Made by a program: the position numbers and the translations under genes. This document shows positions 19,601 through 27,425 of a stretch of DNA of 32,897 nucleotides, piece after piece (the first letter of the stretch is position 1; the number at the start of each line of letters is the position of its first letter). The stretch spans positions 1 through 32,897 of the forward strand of contig CAIKXE010000009.1 of the NCBI GenBank assembly GCA_903831305.1, in the 5' to 3' direction. Below the pieces are notes generated by a model. That model was given only the letters and a program-made list of their open reading frames with translations. It did no database searches and was not told where the DNA came from. Source of the DNA: an uncultured bacterium (lineage in GTDB: Bacteria; Patescibacteriota; Minisyncoccia; Phycocordibacterales; GWA1-40-21).

Positions 19601-20157
19601 ATGGCCGTATTATCAATAGTAGTACCGTTAGCAAAAATATTAGTCCACACTCCCGGGGTGCTATCCCAAATATTTACACTTGTACCATCATAACGTGAAA
19701 GATAAATATTGGTACCCTGAACAAAAGCCACATAGACGTTATTGTTTAAATCTATCGCTAACTGCGGAACAGAAGCCGCTGAAGCGGTACCAAGATCAAT
19801 CGGGTCACCGTTCGCCAGGGTGGTGGTCCAACCCGGAGCCCCATTGTCCCAGATTTCTACATTAGTACCATTATAACGAGAAAGATAAACATGATTCTCA
19901 GATCCATTAGTCTGGACAAACACCGCGTAAACGACACCGTTGTAATCTACGGCTATTTGAGGAGTCAAGGAGGAGGCAGCAGGAAGCCCGACAGAATCTA
20001 CCGGATCACCATTAGCAAAGGTGGTGGTCCAGCCGGCTGGTGCATCATTATTCCAAATTTCTACCTCCGGCGGAGCGGCCAAAGCCGACTGAAAAGAAAG
20101 AGCAAACACAAAAAACAAAAATACATAAAAACCAAATTTTTTACAACCCTGTTTCAT
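16666..20157 (-). CDS. Large surface protein: signal peptide, 8 propeller-like repeats, 2 FN3-like domains, Pro/Thr linker, carboxypeptidase-regulatory-like domains and TM anchors
   Basis: Eight ~61-68 aa repeats (xIW...W...NGDPID...PQ.A.D...VYV.F....YLSRYNGT); two L.P.TTYHFRAFSTN repeats; WGTVYDS.TKQPIDPA and TDLDGRYGFLV motifs. Confidence 0.88.
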   Translation of the reverse strand: MKQGCKKFGFYVFLFFVFALSFQSALAAPPEVEIWNNDAPAGWTTTFANGDPVDSVGLPAASSLTPQIAVDYNGVVYAVFVQTNGSENHVYLSRYNGTNVEIWDNGAPGWTTTLANGDPIDLGTASAASVPQLAIDLNNNVYVAFVQGTNIYLSRYDGTSVNIWDSTPGVWTNIFANGTTIDNTAMLFSASPQIAIDSSNNVYVTYTADAAPGGHVHIFLSRYNGTDVRIWDNGITNWTTTFTNGDPIDTGITTGAGSSKIAVDSTGKVYVAFVKYNAGSIMHLYLSRYNGTNAEIWNNDAPAGWTTTFANGDPIDTGTASNINGNGYDLAVDSTGKVYVAFAQYNGAQPYIYLSRYNGTNVEIWDNGTPGWITTFGAGDPIDTGLAEYAATPQVAIDSTNNVYVTYVKGAGAIDNIFISRYNGTDAEIWDNGITNWTTTFTNGDPIASAVASAASVPQIGVDSSGIVYVTFAQAGHIYLSRYNGTRAEIWDNTTSAWITTFANGDPIDLGTANAASAPQLVVSTTTGNVYMDYVQSNGVRNHVYLSRYNVVVPPVIVLPTITVSAATSITTTLATLNGNITNTGGENNTIRGFEYGLTTAYGTATSTTDSYGTGAYSFAVTGLDPSTTYHFRAFSTNSAGTSSSTDLTFVTDALPPVIVLPTITVSAASSITTTLATLNGNITDTGGENNTIRGFEYGLTTAYGTATSTTDSYGTGAYSFAVTGLDPSTTYHFRAFSTNSAGTSSSTDLTFVTNSSGGGGGGHTNTPPVVTVPPIVLPPLVTTPPVVVSPPVTPAPVTPESPTLPTPTESPVISPSDNQTDSSLSEIVEVNALVDAINSGTKKLFTGAKLIFESQTGGTVTKVVATVGVLSGGLAATSLIDLASMPFRLWGLLLSIFGLKKRNRPWGTVYDSVTKQPIDPAYVTLKNISTGEENTSITDLDGRYGFLVTPGKYILSASKTNYTFPSQKMQGQMEDAMYNNLYFGEELLLEGDSLLINKNIPIDPIKFDWNEFVKGKKKLMKFYSKRERVIRLITDWTFRVGFVVSVASIFLVPAPYNLIIFGLYLLLAIVRKFGLKFKALGTLLEKDGSPLSFAIIRVFDAELKVQITNKVADKIGRYYCLVPKGKYFVKIEKKNDDESYSEIFTSEPFDASNGIIRKSFTV
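17897..18498. repeat. Tandem duplication with 306 bp period (two FN3-like domains)
   Basis: 17897-18192 and 18203-18498 are near-identical, with mostly synonymous differences. Confidence 0.9.
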
Positions 20158-20206
20158 TGCTACTATTATACCATAACTAAATTATATGAGAAGCGGTTTT
20201 AACTAC

Positions 20207-20317
20207 AAAAAACAAGAGTATTTAATTTTTGGACACGCATAATTTTCTGCTGAAAATTTGCTCAAGACTCCCGCCGTCGCGGTCCGTAGCTCCAAAAATC
20301 AAACACTCTTGTTTTTT
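20207..20317 (-). repeat. Long inverted repeat / structured element
   Basis: 27-bp arms at 20207-20233 and 20291-20317 (25/27). Both mismatches become G.U pairs in minus-strand RNA. Inner hairpin AATTTTC-TGCT-GAAAATT. Confidence 0.75.
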
Positions 20318-20324
20318 TCATTAC

Positions 20325-21521
20325 CTACTCACCCCCACCCCAAGTTTTCACCGTGGCGGTAGTGGTAAAAGTTCTGGCAACGTTTAGGATAGAATCTGTA
20401 ACAGCCTGGTCCACATTAGACATAGTCATAGACATACGAACAGTTCCCGCACTATTAGCACCAGTCAAATCCGTGAAGGTCAGTGAATAAACTTTTAAAT
20501 TAGGATTAGTAAGACGTATTGGAGTGCCTCCGGCTTCCATCTTCCACACGGCACAATTTTGCAGATAAAACACGGTAGGGTCCTTGGCCGGATCAATCAT
20601 TTTGAGAGAAAGAAGTGATGACACGGCATCCACACAAGAGTTTACTGACACATCTGGCCCCGGATTTGGATCCGGCTCGGGTGGAGTAGTATACAGATCA
20701 ATGATCATGGTCCGGCCGGCAATATTTACTTTCTCCGTAGTCTCCACCGAGCCCAAAACCAGGGTCACATCCAGGCTAGGGTTAGTGATTTCCAAATCAA
20801 TAGTCCGCCCCAAAGTGGAGGTGCTGAAGGTATCAGGTAAATCATAATTAATGTACAAACAATTTTGTACTCCATCAAGTAAAGGCAGACTACCGGTGGT
20901 TGTGGCCACTCCCAAAGCATCAAAAGGCATAGTGGTGGTACCAAATAAAATAGCGTCCACCGGTCTAGTGGCTGAACAACTACTCTCCGCTTTATAATAA
21001 ACAACCATATTGGTAATACTGCTAGTAGCTAGCGAGCCAACTTGCTTTATTTTAAAAGCGGTAGAGGTAGCATTACCTTGAGCCTGCATAGTAAAGGCAC
21101 CACCTAGGTTTAAACCAACCACGGGTGTGGTTGTGGTGGACACCTGGCTACCACTTTTACCTACGGTGACGATCGGCGGTGGCACTGACTCGGTACCAAT
21201 AGTGAGAGTCACTCCGTTTTCAATCGTCATAATACCAGAGTAAGTAGAATCTAATAGTAAATCACCCACGGACATATTAGCATTAAAACTGGTACTACTA
21301 CCAAAACCATTAAAAATTACACTATCAAAAATATCCGGCAAGGTGGCGCCACCAAAGCCCCCCGAGGTCAGCGACCAGTTAGTGGTGGTACTGTTCACCC
21401 CACCGAGCGGACCAACCCAATATTTATTGGCCGCCTCCACACCAGAAACAAATACAGCAAAAAAGCCAATCAGGCTGAAAGTAAAAATAATATACGTTAA
21501 TTTTTTTTTAGAAAAATTCAT
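20325..21521 (-). CDS. Secreted protein with an adhesin-type N-terminal motif and a minor-pilin-like C-terminal domain
   Basis: Sec-like signal (..VEA/A), YWVG...NWS.TSGG.GGA..P...D.V.F motif, Pro-rich linker, then DPTVFYL...RLTN..LKV.SLTFTDL...GTVR...TFTTTATVK. Confidence 0.75.
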   Translation of the reverse strand: MNFSKKKLTYIIFTFSLIGFFAVFVSGVEAANKYWVGPLGGVNSTTTNWSLTSGGFGGATLPDIFDSVIFNGFGSSTSFNANMSVGDLLLDSTYSGIMTIENGVTLTIGTESVPPPIVTVGKSGSQVSTTTTPVVGLNLGGAFTMQAQGNATSTAFKIKQVGSLATSSITNMVVYYKAESSCSATRPVDAILFGTTTMPFDALGVATTTGSLPLLDGVQNCLYINYDLPDTFSTSTLGRTIDLEITNPSLDVTLVLGSVETTEKVNIAGRTMIIDLYTTPPEPDPNPGPDVSVNSCVDAVSSLLSLKMIDPAKDPTVFYLQNCAVWKMEAGGTPIRLTNPNLKVYSLTFTDLTGANSAGTVRMSMTMSNVDQAVTDSILNVARTFTTTATVKTWGGGE

Positions 21522-21573
21522 TCAATTTTACTCCGCCCAAGTGGCTTAATACACGCTGTTTCAGAAAATCAAC

Positions 21574-21786
21574 TTATTCAGTAGCTGGGGTAGCGGAACT
21601 AGTGTTGCCAGTGGTAGCTGGGGTAATAGCTTTATTTAGGAAATTTACAATTTGCTCAATAGCTATGCTATTATTACGTACTTGTGTTTGCATGGAGACT
21701 ACAATATAGACTGAATAACCAACAGCGGTTAAAACAACCCCTACTAATATACCAATGATAGCCGTAATAACGATTTGTTTTTTCAT
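21574..21786 (-). CDS. Small single-TM hypothetical protein
   Basis: 70 aa with a TM helix, short amphipathic helix and T/A-rich tail. ATGGTATAAT lies upstream at 21821-21830. Confidence 0.75.
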   Translation of the reverse strand: MKKQIVITAIIGILVGVVLTAVGYSVYIVVSMQTQVRNNSIAIEQIVNFLNKAITPATTGNTSSATPATE

Positions 21787-21857
21787 ATAAAAAAATTAAC
21801 AATTAATAAACTTCCTTATAATTATACCATAGCTACTTTTCCACGCAAACAATAGCC

Positions 21858-24800
21858 CTAAAAATCCTGGAATTGCCACATCACAAACGAACTAAAAAGC
21901 CAATTTGTATTCCCGCCACTGTCTATGGACTGATTAGCCGTGATGCTGTGGAGAGCGGTACCATCCTTCACATTCACAAAAGCTACCGCCTCCGAGCCGT
22001 TATCATCAATATTGAATTTAGCTGTGCCGTTATCACTCACGGTGCGAAGTGACATTCTGCCGGCACTTGATCCACGGAGAGTGAGCCTCCCACTAGCGCC
22101 GATAGTCTGCGTGGTATCATCACCAAAAGTCAGGGTATAAGCGGTAGTGGTACTCTTAGTCAGATTATAGAAAGTGCTAGAGCCTAAGATACTTTGATTA
22201 CTGCCATCTAAAGTCACTGTCCCCGCTCGCGGGACAAAACCTCCAGCCCCAGCCGAATTAATAAAGTCACCGGCTAATTTCAAAATATAATTACTAGCTG
22301 TAACGTCCAGTGATCCAGCCGTGATGGTGAGATTCCCGTTCACATCAAAATTTGTGGCTGGTAGGTTAAAAGTGGTGCCGGTATTATTCAGATTTAATGC
22401 TCCGTGAGCGACGTTTAACATGGTTACGGCAGAGTCATCAGCCTGACCAGTATAGCTTGTGGTAGAAGTAGCGGACATCGTCACTGTCCCGGCATTGGTA
22501 AAAGTAGTTCCACTCAAACTAAGTGAACCGTTATTAATGAGAGTGGTCCCAGTTCCCACAGTAAGTGGCGTACCAGTGGCCTGTATAGTCAGAGTTTGTC
22601 CTGGATCAATGGTCAATTTTCCGGCTTTGGAGGCCGTGAGAGTAAAACTGCCAACGGTGGTATCTGTAGTAGAAGCAGAAATAGAGGTAACTATCCCAGA
22701 AGCAGTAGAGATATTATTATTGTTAATAATCAAGTCCCCACCGTTTGTTCCTTGGGCCTGAGTTTGTTTATAGACAGTACCAGCGGCACCATTAGTATTA
22801 CCAGATCCACCATAAGCAGTAATACTTGCCCCACCAAAACCACTAAAATCTGCCTGGCTGCCATCAAGGATAATTGCTATTCTACCCCCACTACCGGAAC
22901 CACCATTACCTCTATTACCACCATTAGCCCGAAGTGTTCCCGCTCCGGAAATAGTACCAGTAATAATATAGACACTTCCACCAGAACCAGTATCACTGCC
23001 ATTTGAGACCAGACCACCAGCACTTAAGGTTCCTGAAATACTAGTCAGACCATTAACATCAAGTAGAATTGCCCCACCACCAGCTGAGGCATAACCGCCA
23101 CTCCCCAGATTAACAGGTGCTGTTACCGAACCATAAACATGGCGAGTTCCACCTGTACTACCGAAATCGCCCCCCATTCCACCGTAGCTTCCACCATTAT
23201 ATATACCTATCGTTGGGGCACCTGGACCATACCACGTGGAATAACCTTTACCATCTACATTGATAGACCCATCCACAGTAAGGTCACCACCAATTGTAAG
23301 ATTCACCTTATACATTTCACCCTGAGCGGTAGTTCCATTTGCCGAGTGACTCATGACAGCTCCACTAGCTACCGTAACATTACCGGAAAAGGTCTGCGGA
23401 ACATCAGTGGTAAATTTAGCACCAGAGCCGACAGTAAATAATGTAGCGGGGTTAAAGGTGGAGGATGTCGCCAGCCAGAGGTTGATATTTGTATAACTAA
23501 AGGTATCAGAGGTGGTAAATGTACCACCGTTGATCTTGAGATAAGAATTATTATTATCACCGGTTAATGTTCCACCAGTTAAATTAACAACTCCACCAGA
23601 ATTGATTTGAAGTGTACTGGTAGTGCTTAATGTAATTGTATTAGTTAGAGGACTGAAAGTAACTCCGCTTTCTATTAAAAGATTTCCTTTATTTTGTAAA
23701 GTGATAGGGCCAGAAGGCAATTCAGTAATTGACGAAGTAACAGGGGTAGTAATATATGATGAGGCAACCAGATTACCATTATCAATTATAAGGGTACCGT
23801 TATTTGTCCCCTGTGCCTGAGTTTCTTTATATACTGTGCCCGCCGCAGCATCATATGTGTTGGTGACATTAGCGTTATCACCACCAAGCGCAGTAATAAT
23901 ACCCGAAAATGAACCAAAGTCTCCAGAATCCAAGACAACTGATACGCGTCCACCACCTCCAGCACCAGCACCAGCAGTATTAGTACCATCACCACCATCA
24001 GACCTAATGATACCACCACCATTTATTGTCGCCGCTCTAATATAAATACTGCCCCCTGATCCCGCACCACTACCATACCCACTAACAGTTTCACCCTGCG
24101 CGGTAACTATTCCATTCACTGCTATACTACCAGTAATATTTAATATTACTGACCCGCCACCACCACCAGCTGATGGACCTCCGCGCCCACCGCTTCCAAG
24201 ATTTATCGGAGCCGTAATTGAGCCATAAGTGACACCAGAAGATGAAGCCGAAAATAAAATACTACCAAGACCGCCATAGGCACCACCACTATAAATGATT
24301 GTGCCCTTACCGGGACCATACCCTCCATCATATCCCCTAGCATCCACATTGATTATGCCACCAGTGGATAAAGTGAAATCACCTCCCACATCCACCCAAA
24401 GAGCATGCGTTTCAGAGGTAGAGTTATCCGTATGAGTGAGCACTCCGTACGGCCCGACAGTCAAATTACCAGTGACAATCAGCCTTTTAGTACTCGTACC
24501 ATATGAAAGAGTTGTAGTAGAATTTGTAGAACTACCGATGGTCAGTGAAGCGATAGTAACCGAACCAGCAATCACACTCAAAGTGGGCGCATTAGTATAG
24601 CCACCATCAATGATCACGTCATCTGTGGTGGTAGGAACACTATTAGTATCCCAGTTGGCCGCGGTAAACCAGTCAGTAGAGGCTGAGCCATCCCAGATAT
24701 ATGGTCCAGAAAAAGGAAATGTCCAGTTTGTATTATTACCACCATCAGTACTAAACTGGGTAATGATAGCCAGACCGGAAGCGTTGGAGTTACTCACCCT

Positions 24801-27425
24801 GGCATAAGAAACACTTGATGTGCCAGCCGGCTCAATGTCAATGTTCCACTGATCCGTGCCAGTACCGCCAGAGCGAGATAAAATTATTTCATGGCCGCTC
24901 GTTCCTGTGATATTAAGCGCACCATTGATTGTCTGTGTACTACCACTTTCAAAAGCTAAAACCTTATCTGCCGTCACTGAAGTCAAATTATAAAAAGTGG
25001 TGTTTCCAGAAACAGTAGAGGTACCGGTTCCGCCAAACACTATTCTGGATGTTCCCGGCGTAAAGATTCCGCTTGCCCCAAGTGTCCAGTCACCACTCAC
25101 ACTAATAGCATTTGACCCTGGGACCAAAGTTCCTGCTGTCACTGTCAAACTACCAGCCAGAGTAGTGGTGGCATCTTGCAAAGCAAAAGTTCCCCCACTA
25201 CCATTTAATATTATATTATTAAAATTTTGTTCCCCGCTCGTTATACTTTTTGTTCCGCTCATGGCTGTGAAATCCACAGTTCCAGCATTGTGGGTAAATG
25301 TTCCGCTGGTTAATAACCAGGTGCCACCCACAGACATAGTACCGCTAGTACTGATGAGTGTCCCACCATTAATCGTCAAGTCATTTGATAATGTCACGGT
25401 GTGAGCTTGCTCATCCAGTGTCCCAGCCGTCACCAATAAATTTGCTACCGACAGATCTGCTGGTAAGGTGAAAGTTCCGCCTGTCCCATTTATTTTTAGT
25501 GTGGCATTAGTATAGGTCCAATCTTTAATATCCCTGGTGGTACCAGTTGCCACATATTCCACAGTTGAACCAGAATTAAGAACACTTGAACCGTTAGTTA
25601 TGGTCTCATCACCAGCCAGCCTTAAAGTGGCCCCACTTGCCACCGTCATAGCATTTGTGGTTGTTAGATTTTGTCCATTAAGACTAAATATTCCGGCATC
25701 AGTATTAACAGCATAAAAAGTTTTTGCTCCAGGTAAAGTAAATACTCCACCCACACCGTTGATTTTAAGTGTGGCATTTGTATAGGTCCAATTTTTAATA
25801 TCTCTGGTACTAGTGGTCGCGGTATATTCCACAGTAGAAGAAGCATTCAAGGTTGGCGCCGCTGGAAAAGTCCCTTGATCGCCGGTCAACTTCATAGTAC
25901 CAGCACTGGTTACCGCTGTCCCGCTGGATAAATTACAACCCCGAAAATCAATCACCCCACCATTGTTAATAGTTATGGCACCGTTTTGTGTCCAAGTACC
26001 TGATCCACAAGTGATATTTCCAGTATTACTTAATGCACCACCAGTGGTCGGCGAATCACCAACACTAAAACTTGTACCAGTAGCAACTGTCATAATAAGA
26101 TACGTTTGGGAAAGTGCCCACTTAACAGTTTTAAAGCTAGAATTAGGACCGATATTTAGATCAAAACCATAAGAGTTTCCAAGAGCGGGAATTTGCAAAT
26201 CAATATTGGGAGCAGTGATGGTTCCTGAGCCGGTATTGGTCATGGATATTCCATTAAACGTCCAGGTACCGGTGCCAGCGGTGATGGTCCCGGCATTACT
26301 TAGATAACCACCCGTAGAGGGTGAATCCCCCACGGTAAAGCTAGTGCCTGAGGCCACAGTAAAACTAATATAGTTTGCATACAGAGCCCACCCGACAGTT
26401 TTAAAATTTGAATTGGGGCCGATATCTATAGAGGCGGCTACTCCGCTACCTAAATTTGGAAAACGGAGATCAATATTAGGAGCAGTGATGGTTCCCGAGC
26501 CGGTATTGGTCATGGACCGGCCAGTAAAGGTCCAGGTACCGGTGCCAGCGGTGATGGTCCCGGCATTACTCAAGTTACCACCGGTTGATGGTGAGTCACC
26601 GACGGTAAAGCTAGTGCCTGAGGCTACGGTCATAACACGATAGTTTTGTGAAAGGGCCCAAATAACTGTTTTAAAGCCAGAATTAGGACCAATATCTATG
26701 GTAAAATCTACCGCGTTACCCAAAGCCGGAATCCGCAGATCAATGTTAGGAGCAGTGATGGTTCCTGAACCAGTATTGGTCATGGATGATCCATTAAACG
26801 TCCAGGTACCGGTGCCAGCGGTGATGGTCCCGGCATTACTTAGATAACCACCCGTAGAGGGTGAATCCCCCACGGTAAAGCTAGTATCAGCAGTTACATT
26901 AAAAGCCGTGGTATTAGCAGTCAAAGCCCAAGTTACCTTACCAATAGTCTGATTCGGAGCATCCAAGGTTTTTGCTCCACCAGTAAAACTCAGAGTCTCA
27001 CTGCCACCAGAGTATGTTCCGCCACTCACAGTAAAATTTCCCGATGAAGTAATAGTATATGTGCTAGGAGCAAAGGTACCGCTGGATTGAGTAAAACCCG
27101 TGACGGAGATAGACTTGCCAAGAGTGATGATTCCAGTATAACTAGAGCTGATAGTAAAAGTAGCTAAAGTACTTGACGCCGCCGTATCCCAGGTACAATC
27201 CTTGCTACCTGAGTTAAATACAATAACGTCATTATTCACCGGTGCGGTACCACCCCAGTTTGCGCCAGTAGAGGCATTGTTATCAGCTCCGCCACCAGTC
27301 CACGTTTTAGTGGCTGCACTGGCATTTCCCGCCAAAAAAAAGAGGCCAAAAAATACCCCGAGAATCACTAAATATTTTTTATTATTTTTAAAATAATTAT
27401 GCGTCATCTGCTTGAGGTAAATCAT
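21858..27425 (-). CDS. Very large secreted beta-strand/beta-helix repeat adhesin-like protein
   Basis: Signal peptide (..NASA/A), TWTGGG...NW and IWDG...W.TAANW motifs, G/T/S/N-rich beta repeats, two Gly-rich GGxYG..GSGG domains. Start re-called to ATG 27425, which overlaps the upstream stop as TAATG; ATG 27407 is an alternative. Confidence 0.87.
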   Translation of the reverse strand: MIYLKQMTHNYFKNNKKYLVILGVFFGLFFLAGNASAATKTWTGGGADNNASTGANWGGTAPVNNDVIVFNSGSKDCTWDTAASSTLATFTISSSYTGIITLGKSISVTGFTQSSGTFAPSTYTITSSGNFTVSGGTYSGGSETLSFTGGAKTLDAPNQTIGKVTWALTANTTAFNVTADTSFTVGDSPSTGGYLSNAGTITAGTGTWTFNGSSMTNTGSGTITAPNIDLRIPALGNAVDFTIDIGPNSGFKTVIWALSQNYRVMTVASGTSFTVGDSPSTGGNLSNAGTITAGTGTWTFTGRSMTNTGSGTITAPNIDLRFPNLGSGVAASIDIGPNSNFKTVGWALYANYISFTVASGTSFTVGDSPSTGGYLSNAGTITAGTGTWTFNGISMTNTGSGTITAPNIDLQIPALGNSYGFDLNIGPNSSFKTVKWALSQTYLIMTVATGTSFSVGDSPTTGGALSNTGNITCGSGTWTQNGAITINNGGVIDFRGCNLSSGTAVTSAGTMKLTGDQGTFPAAPTLNASSTVEYTATTSTRDIKNWTYTNATLKINGVGGVFTLPGAKTFYAVNTDAGIFSLNGQNLTTTNAMTVASGATLRLAGDETITNGSSVLNSGSTVEYVATGTTRDIKDWTYTNATLKINGTGGTFTLPADLSVANLLVTAGTLDEQAHTVTLSNDLTINGGTLISTSGTMSVGGTWLLTSGTFTHNAGTVDFTAMSGTKSITSGEQNFNNIILNGSGGTFALQDATTTLAGSLTVTAGTLVPGSNAISVSGDWTLGASGIFTPGTSRIVFGGTGTSTVSGNTTFYNLTSVTADKVLAFESGSTQTINGALNITGTSGHEIILSRSGGTGTDQWNIDIEPAGTSSVSYARVSNSNASGLAIITQFSTDGGNNTNWTFPFSGPYIWDGSASTDWFTAANWDTNSVPTTTDDVIIDGGYTNAPTLSVIAGSVTIASLTIGSSTNSTTTLSYGTSTKRLIVTGNLTVGPYGVLTHTDNSTSETHALWVDVGGDFTLSTGGIINVDARGYDGGYGPGKGTIIYSGGAYGGLGSILFSASSSGVTYGSITAPINLGSGGRGGPSAGGGGGSVILNITGSIAVNGIVTAQGETVSGYGSGAGSGGSIYIRAATINGGGIIRSDGGDGTNTAGAGAGGGGRVSVVLDSGDFGSFSGIITALGGDNANVTNTYDAAAGTVYKETQAQGTNNGTLIIDNGNLVASSYITTPVTSSITELPSGPITLQNKGNLLIESGVTFSPLTNTITLSTTSTLQINSGGVVNLTGGTLTGDNNNSYLKINGGTFTTSDTFSYTNINLWLATSSTFNPATLFTVGSGAKFTTDVPQTFSGNVTVASGAVMSHSANGTTAQGEMYKVNLTIGGDLTVDGSINVDGKGYSTWYGPGAPTIGIYNGGSYGGMGGDFGSTGGTRHVYGSVTAPVNLGSGGYASAGGGAILLDVNGLTSISGTLSAGGLVSNGSDTGSGGSVYIITGTISGAGTLRANGGNRGNGGSGSGGRIAIILDGSQADFSGFGGASITAYGGSGNTNGAAGTVYKQTQAQGTNGGDLIINNNNISTASGIVTSISASTTDTTVGSFTLTASKAGKLTIDPGQTLTIQATGTPLTVGTGTTLINNGSLSLSGTTFTNAGTVTMSATSTTSYTGQADDSAVTMLNVAHGALNLNNTGTTFNLPATNFDVNGNLTITAGSLDVTASNYILKLAGDFINSAGAGGFVPRAGTVTLDGSNQSILGSSTFYNLTKSTTTAYTLTFGDDTTQTIGASGRLTLRGSSAGRMSLRTVSDNGTAKFNIDDNGSEAVAFVNVKDGTALHSITANQSIDSGGNTNWLFSSFVMWQFQDF
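26020..26885. repeat. Tandem 270-bp (90 aa) repeats, three copies plus a partial
   Basis: 26281-26340 is identical to 26821-26880; the middle copy at 26551 is more diverged. Confidence 0.9.
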
